DNA of 64,000 bases from Monocercomonoides exilis PA203 (Eukaryota; Protista; Preaxostyla). Shown one piece after another: positions 33,501-47,122 of the stretch. Location of the stretch: NCBI GenBank assembly GCA_001643675.2, contig LSRY02000011.1, positions 1,488,001-1,552,000 of the forward strand, read 5' to 3'. Every line of letters begins with the position of its first letter. Positions within the stretch are counted from its first letter, which is position 1. Position numbers and translations under genes: made by a program. Below the pieces are notes generated by a model. That model was given only the letters and a program-made list of their open reading frames with translations. It made no database searches and was not told the origin of the DNA.

Positions 33501-36481
33501 CACCCACTTCACCTTCACATTCAGTCAGCAACGTGTCATCAGCCCCACGTTATCCTCTTTCATCGCCTTATCCTTCGACTTCTCCAATGAATTCTGCTTC
33601 AGCTCCCGCCGGTGTATCTGCAAGTTCTCTAACAGATCCATCACCATCTTCTTCTTCATTTGGCGATTCCGCACAAAATGCTTCCTTTGCCAAAGAGCGG
33701 AGATCTTCAAGCATCATCGCTGCCCCTGCCACCTCTGCATTTTTGTTCACCACACTCGCTGGAGCTGCGCCATCTACTCCAACAACTGTGGAAGGAGGCA
33801 CTTTGTCGTGCACTGTGGAACCTCCACCAGAGCCATTGAACAAAACACAATTGAAGTTTGCTGTTCCAAAGAAAAAGAAGAAAGGAGATAAGAAAAAGAA
33901 TGGGAAAGGAAAGAAAGATGGAGGGTATTGGAATAATGATGGAGATATGGATGGAAATGAAGATGCGAATGAAAAGGCAGGAGAAGAGGATGATGAAAAC
34001 GAAGATGCTGAAGAAGCGGATGAAGAGGAAGAAAGTGAAGAGGAAGATCCAGAAATTATTGCCATCCCAGAGAAAACAGATGCTTCAAGCGAGGCTGACA
34101 TAAAGAAGCAGAAGATGCTGGAAGAATATCGTCTTGTTGGGGGCTTTGTTCCAGATGAAGAATTAGACCCAGCTGCAATTGAATCTCTTTTGGATGCACT
34201 GTACTTGATCAGGCTGTTCATGACACTGTACTCCTCCTCTTCCAATTGCCCATCGTCTGCTTCAAACCAAGTTGAGGCTGTGCCAGCCACCCCATCTGCT
34301 TCTACACCTCCGCTGACTGCCCGCTCAACATCATCCATCCGCTCATCTGCATCCATTCAGACACCTCGATCAATGAGAAGTACGCAAATTCTTCAGTTCT
34401 TCATCGAAGAGGAGCTTCTGTCATATCTCCTCACGTTGCTTGCTTATCACCAGTCTCCAGTTGTCCGCACAGCTGTTGCACAGACAATCCGTCCGTTTTG
34501 CTTCTCAATCATCGGAAAGGCGGAACTGGCTGAACTTGACGGTCTGCTTCTGCTTCTTTCGCACACTGCATATTACGCACCGCTGGTGGCAAATATATCT
34601 CCGCAGCCTTCTCAGCTGATGCTTTCTGTTTCGTCGCTGCTGACAGAAGAGATCAGGTGTATTTCTGTTCTTGCAGTCGATGCAGAAATACGACTACAGA
34701 TCCACTCGCAGAATGTTCTGAAATATCTTCTCAACTTGGCAAGCTCACTCTTTTTGCCTGCAGTGCGTGCTGTTCTGTCATGCTTATCAAATCTTTCGGT
34801 TACTCCCGTTCTGAAGACTGAAATAGTTGCAAATGGTGGACTAAGTATACTGTCGACAATACTTTCGATTCAAAACAACGGAGAAATTACAAAATTATCG
34901 CTTTCTCCGAACGAAAAGGGGAGAGCTTCTTCAGGTGCTAGCAATCCTCAACCAAACAGAGATTTAAAATCAAATTCTTCAACAACAATGCAACATCAGA
35001 AATCACAACAGAAGGGTTTATCTGAATCATTTCCATTTCTTCGCTCGTACGACTTCGAGGTGCTGAAGAGTGCTGTTCGCCTTTGTGGCAATCTCTGCCT
35101 TGACTCAAACATCAGAGACGAGATGAATAACAAGGGATTTGCATCTCTGCTTGCTCCCCACATCACGCCTTCCGATGCTGCTTTCACAACTTCGCTGCTG
35201 CGTTGCTTGGAGAATCTGTGCTCCTCACCTGAAAGTGTTGCTGTATTCAACGAAAAGCCGCAGCTGATGAAGCTTCTGTGCGATTGTCTTGGCATTGAAA
35301 TCAGAAAGACTGGAGATGGAGACGACAGAAATAAACAAGCAGGTAGAAAGTCCGCCACCGTTCTTACTCCAAGAACGCCTACAGCTTCTTCTTTTTCAGC
35401 TGTGCGCTCTTCTGATCAATCAACATCTTCACGTTCGTCCAATGCTAACGCCACTTCATCATCATCTTCTTCTTCTTCAACCGTTTACGTTTGCCTTCCT
35501 CCCTCGTCTGCTCCACTCCGCCCATCTGCCCTTTCTTTCCTTTCTCTTCTCGCCACACACCCGCTTTCTTCTCTTTCGGTTGCTGTGCCATATTGCTGTC
35601 CCATCATTCTTCATGATTCTGAACAGGCTCCAGTTGCGCTAGTGGTGTTGCGTGGGGCAATTGCAGCAAAAGCCATTGGGAAATATGTTAAAATGGCTTA
35701 TCGCACACTTTCCAGTGCATTATCTGATCTCAAATTGTGTTCTTCTGCTGTTTCAGCAATGAAAGATGCTTCTGAATATCTCTCTTCATTCAGCACTTTG
35801 GTTGCTTCAAACACTCGGTCGTTGATACAAGTTGCAGATGAACACCCTGCGCTTGCCTTGGAAACATTAGCTTTTGCTGCACAAGCCTGTATGTTTTTTT
35901 TTCATTTATTTCTTTTTTAACTTTCTTATTGCAATATATCTTCTTTATTCAATGAATGGTCATTGTTAACATGCATATTATCCATTTAGCTCGTGATGCA
36001 CGAACTGAATCAGTGCTTATGGTGGCATTGCGCCATTTGTCTGACACCGATCCCGGGGTACTGTATGCATCCACTCACTGTATTTCAGCAGTTCTGTTAT
36101 CACGTTTGTTCAGCCAAGCTTTTTATATCCTTTTTGGCATTTGTTTAACTTCATTTTTTTCCCCCAAAGGATCAATGTGCGAATCTCACCTAGAAATTAT
36201 CCAGCAACTTCTTTCACTTCTTGATGCACCTTCTGTTCCAGTGCGCATCAATGCACTAGGTGCAATAGATGCAATTGTTAAACACAGTTTGTTTTTTTTT
36301 TCTGATTGATTCTTTCATTTAAATGAAATTTGACATTTTTTTCATTAATTTTGTTTCAGCAAAAGATCTTCGTTCTATCCAGCCAGAGCAAATCAGAAGC
36401 ATTCTTTCTTCTCATTCCTCAGATCAGCACGAAAAAATCAGATCGCTTGTTGCGTCTATTCTATCGTCTCTCCACTTCTAA
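30507..36481 (+). CDS. Multi-exon protein: N-terminal coiled coil, long Ser-rich disordered tracts, C-terminal armadillo/HEAT repeats
   Basis: Small 5' exons (30507-30557, 30667-30714, 30781-30840, 30909-31109), large exon from 31232, three 3' exons ending TAA at 36481. ARM-like motifs AVLSCLSNLSVTPVLKTEIVANGGLSIL, SAVRLCGNLCLD, VRINALGAIDAI. Confidence 0.75.
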
Positions 36482-36814
36482 ATGTGAAGCTTTATTGTCT
36501 TATGTTTTAGACACACTTCAATATTTTGTTTGTTTTTTGTTTTATTCATTTTCGTTTCAACCCAAAATTGTATGTGGAAAATCACTTTTGTTTAAAACAC
36601 CTTAACCATTCCATGTACAAAAATGAAACATTTCAAGATTTCCGAAAATCAATTTTTTGTAATTTAACAAAAGAAAAGGCGATTGGTTGATAATAAACTA
36701 ATAAATAAAAATAATTAAAAATTTTTAAAAACAAAAGAGCCAAAAGACAAAATAAAACATTTCATAGCAAAACTAACAATGCTACTTAAAATAAATTACT
36801 TTGTAATATATATT

Positions 36815-38857
36815 TTAATGTGAAACAGGATCAAAGAAAGAAAACGGCTTTCCACTTGTGGTCGAGGATGGTTGCTGGGTATTCTTCTTTTCTTCTTCAC
36901 TACCGGTTACCTTTGACTCACTATCAACAGTAGATTCTGACTGAGTGGAAGATGTTGCATCAGCTGCTTCGTGTTGCATTTGCTTTGCTACTTCTTCTGC
37001 TTCGTCCACTGCAGGTTGTGCTGACTGGCTTGCTGATTCGTTGCTCGAAGTATTTGAGGTCGATGAGGAAGATGATGAAGAAGACGAAGAAGTGGAAGGA
37101 GTCGAATATGGTTGTGGAGGAAACATTGATTGCAGGAATGTTGGAATCATCTGAAGCAAGTTAAATGGAAGCTGAGGGGCAGGCGGTTGAGTTGACGATG
37201 AAGATGAAGACTGTTGTTGCTGCTGAGATTGGAACATCTGTTGAAACACTCCATTCATCATATTCATAAATGGAGGAAGAGGAGGCTGCTGCCCTTGGCT
37301 GCTCTGCGAAGATTGGCTTTCTTGTTCTTTCTTCTCTTCCTTTTCACATTCTGATTTTTCTTCTTTCAAGTCACTTTTCTCTTCTTTTTCTTCCTCGAAG
37401 TCTGTGGACATAGCCCCATGTAACTCTCCCATTTGCTTCGATTCCTCTGTTTGCTCTGGTTTCTCTGTTTCTTCTTTCTTTTCATTTTGCATCTTTTCTT
37501 CTGAACAACATTTTTCCTTGTTGTCATTTTGCCTTTCTCTTTGCCCCCCAAAAAGCTGACCAAGGAAATTGAACATGTTTGGCTGATTGGGGCAGTCTGT
37601 TCCAAATGGATTAAACATTTTCAGCTGATCCAAAAGAGTAGCCAATCCTTCAAGTGATTGCGGAGACAGTCCAGACACAAACTGCCGAAATGGCTCAATA
37701 AGATTCGGAGGCAAAAGTCCTTCAATACGGTTTAAAATGCCTAACATGTACGATCCATCAATTGCATGAGGCACTTCAGATGATGATGATGAAGACGATG
37801 ATGATGATGAAGATGATGAAGAAGCGGATGATGATCTGCTTTCCGCTTGTGCATCTTTTTTCTCTTCTTTTGAAGATGACGACGACGATGATGATGAAGG
37901 AGCAAATGGAGCAGATGAAGAGTTCATTCCGCTGAACATCGGTGCAAACATTTTAATAACATTTTGAATAAGTTCCCCAATGTTCATTGAATTATCGCTT
38001 CCAAAAGGAAATGGAAATTGTGCCGATGAAGTATTAGTCTCAGATTTTGCAGCACCACATTTTTGTTGTTGTGACGCACAATTTTTCGTGATATCTTTTA
38101 AAAATTGTCCAAACGGAAAATTGCTGCAATTGATATTTTGGGGCATTCTTTCATGATGGCAGAAATCTCTTTTTCCCATAAACTGAGGCATAAATCTATC
38201 ACATCCGTAATGGGTCCGGGGCATGCATCCTCTGTGTGTTCTTTCATTTGGAGGAATTTCCATAAAAGACTTAATCATGTTTAGAAATGGAAAACAGTTT
38301 CTGTTTTCGCATGGAAGATGAGATTGCATTCCAGAGCCAACGGAAGAAAAAATTCGCTCAAGCATGGGACAAACAAATGACAAATCCATTAGCACTTCAG
38401 GACGTCCATGCAATTCTCTTTCGTTAAACTTAGCCTTGTTGTAATCATCCACGATTCGATGCTGTCTTGAACTAGAAGATTGTGTTGCTTGAGAATCTTT
38501 ATCTTTCTTCGGACTTGCACATTTAGTTTCAGAATTGCAGCAACTGCATTCCTCCTTCTCATCTTTTTGCTCCAAATTGATTATTTCTTTTGTAATTTTA
38601 TGTTTTGTATCAACAAACCACTTTGGAATTTCTCCGGTTTTAATTGATTCAAATGCCATTTGAATATCACCATCAGAGCCAATTGTAACTGCATCACCTT
38701 CTTCATCAATATAGAATAAGATAATATTCTCTGGGTCAGGAATATTGAACAAAACTAAGAGTTTTCCAATTAGTTCCTCAAAAGTTGTGGTATCATCGAG
38801 CTTCACTTTTCTAATATCCGAGTTACACGATTGGATTATCTTCACTGTAATTGTCAT
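36815..38857 (-). CDS. PB1-domain protein with Ser/Gln-rich and Met/Phe-rich amphipathic segments
   Basis: N-terminal TVKI...DIRK plus OPCA motif YIDEEGDAVTIGSDGDI. 680-aa intronless ORF. Confidence 0.85.
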   Translation of the reverse strand: MTITVKIIQSCNSDIRKVKLDDTTTFEELIGKLLVLFNIPDPENIILFYIDEEGDAVTIGSDGDIQMAFESIKTGEIPKWFVDTKHKITKEIINLEQKDEKEECSCCNSETKCASPKKDKDSQATQSSSSRQHRIVDDYNKAKFNERELHGRPEVLMDLSFVCPMLERIFSSVGSGMQSHLPCENRNCFPFLNMIKSFMEIPPNERTHRGCMPRTHYGCDRFMPQFMGKRDFCHHERMPQNINCSNFPFGQFLKDITKNCASQQQKCGAAKSETNTSSAQFPFPFGSDNSMNIGELIQNVIKMFAPMFSGMNSSSAPFAPSSSSSSSSSKEEKKDAQAESRSSSASSSSSSSSSSSSSSSEVPHAIDGSYMLGILNRIEGLLPPNLIEPFRQFVSGLSPQSLEGLATLLDQLKMFNPFGTDCPNQPNMFNFLGQLFGGQRERQNDNKEKCCSEEKMQNEKKEETEKPEQTEESKQMGELHGAMSTDFEEEKEEKSDLKEEKSECEKEEKKEQESQSSQSSQGQQPPLPPFMNMMNGVFQQMFQSQQQQQSSSSSSTQPPAPQLPFNLLQMIPTFLQSMFPPQPYSTPSTSSSSSSSSSSTSNTSSNESASQSAQPAVDEAEEVAKQMQHEAADATSSTQSESTVDSESKVTGSEEEKKNTQQPSSTTSGKPFSFFDPVSH

Positions 38858-39158
38858 TGGTATTTAATGCTTTAATGATATGCTTAAGATAAGTTTAAAT
38901 TATGAGTTCCCATAATATATTAATTATCTTTATTCCAGCATTCTCCGCGGAGAAATTTTCTTGTTTTAAACTAAGTTGAAAGAACTTCCCAGATAATCTT
39001 TGAACAATTATTACTCAAAATAGACTGAAATAATGAGTATAGCGAAATAGGTATTTGATTCCCTTAATATAACTAATTTTCTTTCAAAGAATGTGAGATG
39101 ACGTGTAAATAGAAATAGACGTGATATGGAAAACCAAAGATATCGAACATTGCAATGT

Positions 39159-41588
<2,430 letters not shown>

Positions 41589-42198
41589 TCAATGTAGAAA
41601 GAGTTTATATAAAATCCAAATAAAAAATTTTGAAATTATTAAAGAAAATGAAAACAAAGTTCAATTGGTCAAAAATTCGTAAAAGACAAAAGAAACAACT
41701 GTTTCCTCTTATTACTTCAACAAAAAATTTAATTTTAATTTTTGTGTCATACACATTTAATCAACAGTCGAAAAAGCAAAGGAAAAAACCTTCTTGTGAT
41801 TCGATTTATGTAAACCTTTATAAAATTATTCAAAACAAAAAACCGTTTGAAAATCATAACTTTTTTATTCTGTGACAGGTATAATAATAAAAGAAATTGA
41901 GTATCAATGAAACAAGTATCAACAAAAAAATTAAATAACCTATGAATAGCTTTTAAAAAAAAAATAATCAAAATTATCCACTAAAAATTCTAAAGTATTC
42001 CAAATCAGATCATCGCCTTTCTTTAATCTTGCTTTTCACCGGTGCTTGCATCAAATGTTCTTCAACGATTGGCTGGCAAATCTTTCAATGGTCATGTCAA
42101 TATTAGTCCTTTGAAAACTTTTTATTTCTTTTTAAATATTTTCCCTGATTAACTTCAAAGAGCAATAATCCTCTCTTATTCAAATTTGTAGGTGAATC

Positions 42199-42466
42199 TC
42201 AACTCCAGTCAATTTCAGGCATAGCAGGCAGCGAAGGCGAGTGATGTGTGAGGCTCACTGGGAACATGTATCGGCAGGGCTGTGAGGGATCGCTTCGGAC
42301 GATGCGTTGGGAGTTCTTCTGGCTGAGTTCGTTGCGTATTTTGTCGATGTTGTGTCTGAGTGTGTTCATCTCCTTCTTCATCTCCTTCTTCTCGGTGAGG
42401 GCACAGAGGGTGAGGACAGCGTGATAATGCTTTGACTGGATATTGTTGATTGAAGATAGAAAATAA

Positions 42467-42509
<43 letters not shown>

Positions 42510-45500
42510 AATGAAATAAAAATAATAATAAACCTTATAATAAGGATTCTGGAACAGCCAGTCATTGAACTTCTGAGGCGTCTCGATGAACAAGATGGCC
42601 TGTGAGAAGCTTTTGAGGTTGACAATATGTGCTGATATCGGACGAATCTCAGAAGGTGCAAGAGAAGTCAGCACATTCTGGTTGAAATGTGAAGATATTG
42701 CAAAATAATCGTTTTTAATGGGAATTTAAAGAAAATAAAAGGGGAAAAAAAAAAGGTTTTCATTGAAAAAATATTGAAGGAGAATGACGGCAAATACCTC
42801 AATGGAAGCAACATCCAATCCAATAGAACTACGTCCAAAGTTGGTGATTTTTCTGATTCTCGAGAATCTGTCAAGCAAAGAAAACAATGAAAAAAAGCAA
42901 TTGAATAAATAAAAAATGAAGAAATTTCTTTTAAAATTGAATGAAAAGAAAGAGATGAATACCCATCGAGCACTGTTTCCACGCAATATTCGATGGCATT
43001 CAGCCACATTGTCTTCTTCAGCTCATTCACATAGCCAGGGGGAAGGAACTGTTTTTGTTTGAGTAAATCGCCTGTATATTTATTTTTTAATAATAAGAAA
43101 GAAAAGAAAAGAAAAGAAAAGAAAAGAATAGAAAAGAAAAGAAAAGAATAGAATAGAATAGAATAGAAAAGAAAAAAGAAAAGAAAAGAAAAGAAAAGAA
43201 AAGAAAAGAAAAGAAAAGAAAAGAAAAGAAAAGAAAAGAAAAGAAAAGAAAAGAAAAGAAAAGAAAAGAAAAGAAAAGAAAAGAAAAGAAAAGAAAAGAA
43301 AAGAAAAGAAAAGAAAAGAAAAGAAAAGAAAAGAAAAGAAAAGAAAAGAAAAGAAAAGAAAAGAAAAGAAAATAATTTATGAAAAGAGGAAAATAGCATA
43401 TAAAAGTAACATACATGAAGCCATTTCTCTTTCCAGGTTGTTTTTGAATGCCATGAATTCTGTTGAGATGTGGTTGACATAGTTGTTGCAGTCGGCATAT
43501 GGCTCTTTCACATCCCATCTGATGGAAAATAAGAAATCAATTTAAAAATGAAAATAGAAGAGAACAGGAGGGACGATAAAAGAAGATAAAAGGAAAAAAA
43601 AAGGAAAGAAAAGAAAAGGAGAAGAAGAAAAAGAAAAAGAAATCATCAAACAAGAAAAAGTTCTTTATAATAACAGAAATCAAAAATAAACACACTTTGT
43701 CTGCTCGATTTCCATGGGAATGCTCTCCAAATTAATCAGTGACAGAGTCAGGTTCCGATAGATGAACTGAACATCACATAAAATAGCACAAAGTAATACA
43801 AAGGAAATGGATGCAAATATTCGTTTCATACAGAATAAAAATCGCATGATGCAACAGGAATTCAAAAAAGGATGTGCTCAATTAAATAGAACACACACAC
43901 ACACACACACAAAAAAAAAGAAAGAAAGAAAAGAAAAGAAAAAGAAAAAGAAAAAAGAAAAAGATTTTTCAAAAAACACAAAAACATTTTAAATTAAACA
44001 TCTCATTCTTCTATTTTTTCAGTCTCTTTCATCAACATACTGCACAGATATCATTAGAGTCTCTAACAATGTTGTCAAATAAACCCGAAAGCAACCCTTT
44101 TGCATCGCTTTCAGTGACATGGCGAGAGATTTCCCTGCGCATAGAAGAAAGATGCATGGCAAGTGAGATGAGAGAGAGGGCACCTGTGAGTGAGTCTTGC
44201 ATTGATGGGACAAGCTGAAAAAGAAAAGAAAAGAAAAGAAAGAGAAAGAGAAAGAGAAAGAGAAGTAATAAGAGAAAAAGGAGACGATATTGAAAATAAA
44301 TAAATGGATTAATATTTAATTTCATGTTAAAAGGAAAAATAAAATTAAAAATTTAAAAGAGATATTTTTATTCATAAACATGATTAAACATAAGCATCAA
44401 AATCTATTCTCTTTCCATTTTAACTCTCTCTCTCTCTTTCTTTCTTTCTCTTTCTCTTTTTCTTTCTTTCTCTCTTTCTCTCTTTCTCTCTTTCTCTTTC
44501 TTTCTTTAACACAAACCTTCACTCTGAGTGTAGGAACAAACGACGACTGTGAGAAAGCAGAGTCAAACGAGTAATGAGGAGGATAAGAGGCTGGAATAGC
44601 CACGCCAAAGAAGGCCTCTGTTCGGAGTGGCTGAGGAGCTTCTGAGGCAGATGGGTCAAGCTGTGTGTTGTCTGAGGTGTTTCTGTCTGAATGAGAAGAA
44701 GAAGAAGAGGAGGAGGAGGAGGAGGAGGAAGAAGAAGAAGAAGAAGAAGAAGAAGGCATATTGATGGGAGGAGAAGGCGAGCGAGAAGAAGGATGAAGAG
44801 GGCGTGGCTGGGAAGGAGTGGAGGTCAGTGAAGAAGAGGTGGAGGAAGGAGAAAGCGTGCGAGGTGGCTGAGAAGGTGTAGATGAGCCAGAATTGCTGGA
44901 ATGAGAGGGAAAAGAAGAAGAGGAAGAAGAAGAAGACAAAGAATTAGAAGAAGTCTGAAATGAGGTGGGAGAAGAAGAAGGAGATGGCATAGAAATCGAA
45001 GGAGAGGAAGAAGGATGAGGGGACTGTTCAGGTGAAGGAGCAGAAGAAGAAGAAGAGGAGGAGGAGGAAGAAGAATTGCTATTTTGTGTATTCTTCGATT
45101 TCTCTGCCTCCCTCTCTTTGTCTGAGGTGAATGTGAGTGTGTCTTTGACAGAGTGGAAGAAGCGGGACACGCCAAATCCTTTGCTTTCACCTGATTTGGA
45201 CTCTTCTTTCTTTTCTTTCTCTCTCTCTCTCTCTTTCTCCTTCTCTTTCTCCTTCTTTTCTCTGTCTTTCTTGTCTGACTTCGAAAAGAGGTTGAAGAAT
45301 GAAGAAGAAGAAGATGTATTTTCCTTCTCGTTCTGCCCTGTTCCATCACCTGTGTTCTGCAGTCTGGGTGGAGGAGGCAGTGGAAGAGGTCTCCCTCCAC
45401 CGCCACCAGCAGCAAGAGAAGAAGAAGAGGAAGAGGAAGAAAGAGAAGAAGAAGAAGAAGAAGTGACAGTAGTTGTGGTGGCTGCAGAGAAGACAGAAGA

Positions 45501-46665
45501 GAAGGTGCCTGGATTGGCTGGGGAGGCGGTGGCAACGAAGGTCTGCTGTTCGAGTGGCTGGGGCTGGTCTTTGTCAGGAGAGGAGGAAGGCGAGGGGTGG
45601 AGGGAAGAGGAGGAAGAGGAAGAGGAGAGGGAAGAAGAGGAAGGGAGAATGTTGGTGGATGAAGAAGAAGAAGAAGAGGATGATGAAGAGGAAAGAGAAG
45701 AAAATCCCGAATTAGAAGAAGATGATGAAGAAGAAGCAGAAGAAGAAGCAGATGCCAATGATGACGATGATGAAGATGCCGAGACTGAAGAAGATCTGCT
45801 GGCAGAGCGTTTCATTGCTGTCTGCTGAAGAGAAGCGATGGGGAAGGAGACAGGAGTAGCTAGATGCAGATACTCACGAATGACTAGCTTGGCCAGAGGG
45901 AGAGAGAAGTAGAGGATGAAGGGAGGCAGCACAGAAGGTGTGACCACAATCACCTCAATCTCTTTTCGCAGTGGAGGAAGGCTGGCTTGCCGGCTGCCGT
46001 CGCTCGAGTTGGCTCGGGTTAGACGGCTTTCTCCTTCTCCAATGGAATTGTTGGTATTATTATTGTTATTACTCGTGTTATTCTCTTCTTCTCCACCAGA
46101 CGGAGGAGATGCGTCTTCCTCTCTAAAGACAGGCTTCCCCTTCTGTTTCTGTGCTGTTTGTGTGCGTTTGTCCTTTTTGTCCTTGTTTGTGTCAGAAAGA
46201 GAGGCGAAAGAGGTGTAATGGAAAGGGATGTCGCTGTAGGAGCTCAAGTAATGTGTGATGATGGTGCTTTCGGGTTGGAGAGAGGAAGAGTCAGAGGAGG
46301 AAGAGGAGGAGAAAGAAGAAGAAGAAGCTAATGGCAAAGAAGAAGAGGAAGAGGAAGAAGAAGTTGAAATGAATGAAGAAGAGATGGAAGGGACAGAGAC
46401 AGCAGAGCGAGGGAGAGGAGAAAGAGAAGATGTTTGTATTTGTCTTCGTGCTTCATAGAAAGAGCAAAATGGATCGATTTCTTCAGAACAATTGGGAAAA
46501 GGCGAAAGAACATGAAGAAACGGGCGAGAAAGAGATGTGCTGGAAGAAGAAGACTGGGAGTTTTGAGAAGATGAAGTGGAAGACGAGAGAGAAGAAGAGG
46601 AAGAAGAAGAAGATAAAGACAAAGAAGCTAAAGAAGAGGAGGAAGCAGAAGACAAAGACAAAGTA

Positions 46666-46697
<32 letters not shown>

Positions 46698-47091
46698 AGA
46701 AGAAGAAAAGAAAGGATTAGAGAAGGAGAAGTCGAAACCAGAAGAAGAAGAGAAGGAGGAAGAAGAAACAGGCTCAAGAAGGTTGACGATGTGTGTGGGG
46801 AGGCCAGTGGTGGTGGAGAAAGTGGGGTGAAAGATGACATTTTCTTCATCTTCACCGAAGTTTGGGCCACCAAACAAGGACATCATAGAAGAGGCAGCAA
46901 GAGAGGAGGTGGAAGAAGAAGAGGAAGAAGAGAAAGAGGAAGAAGAGGAAGAGGTGAGAGAGGCAAGGGAGGAGGAAGGAGAAGGAGAAGGAGAAGAGAA
47001 AGAGGAGGAAGAGGAAGAGGAAGACAAAGATAAAGAAGACATAGAAGAAGAAGAAGAAGAAGATCCAGAAGAAGAAGAATTGTTAGAGGCA

Positions 47092-47122
<31 letters not shown>

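Noticed and set aside
42668-43518. Phe/Ser/Leu-rich membrane-like ORFs
   Set aside because: Translation of the intronic (AAAAG)n microsatellite; only short parts are true VPS50 exons.
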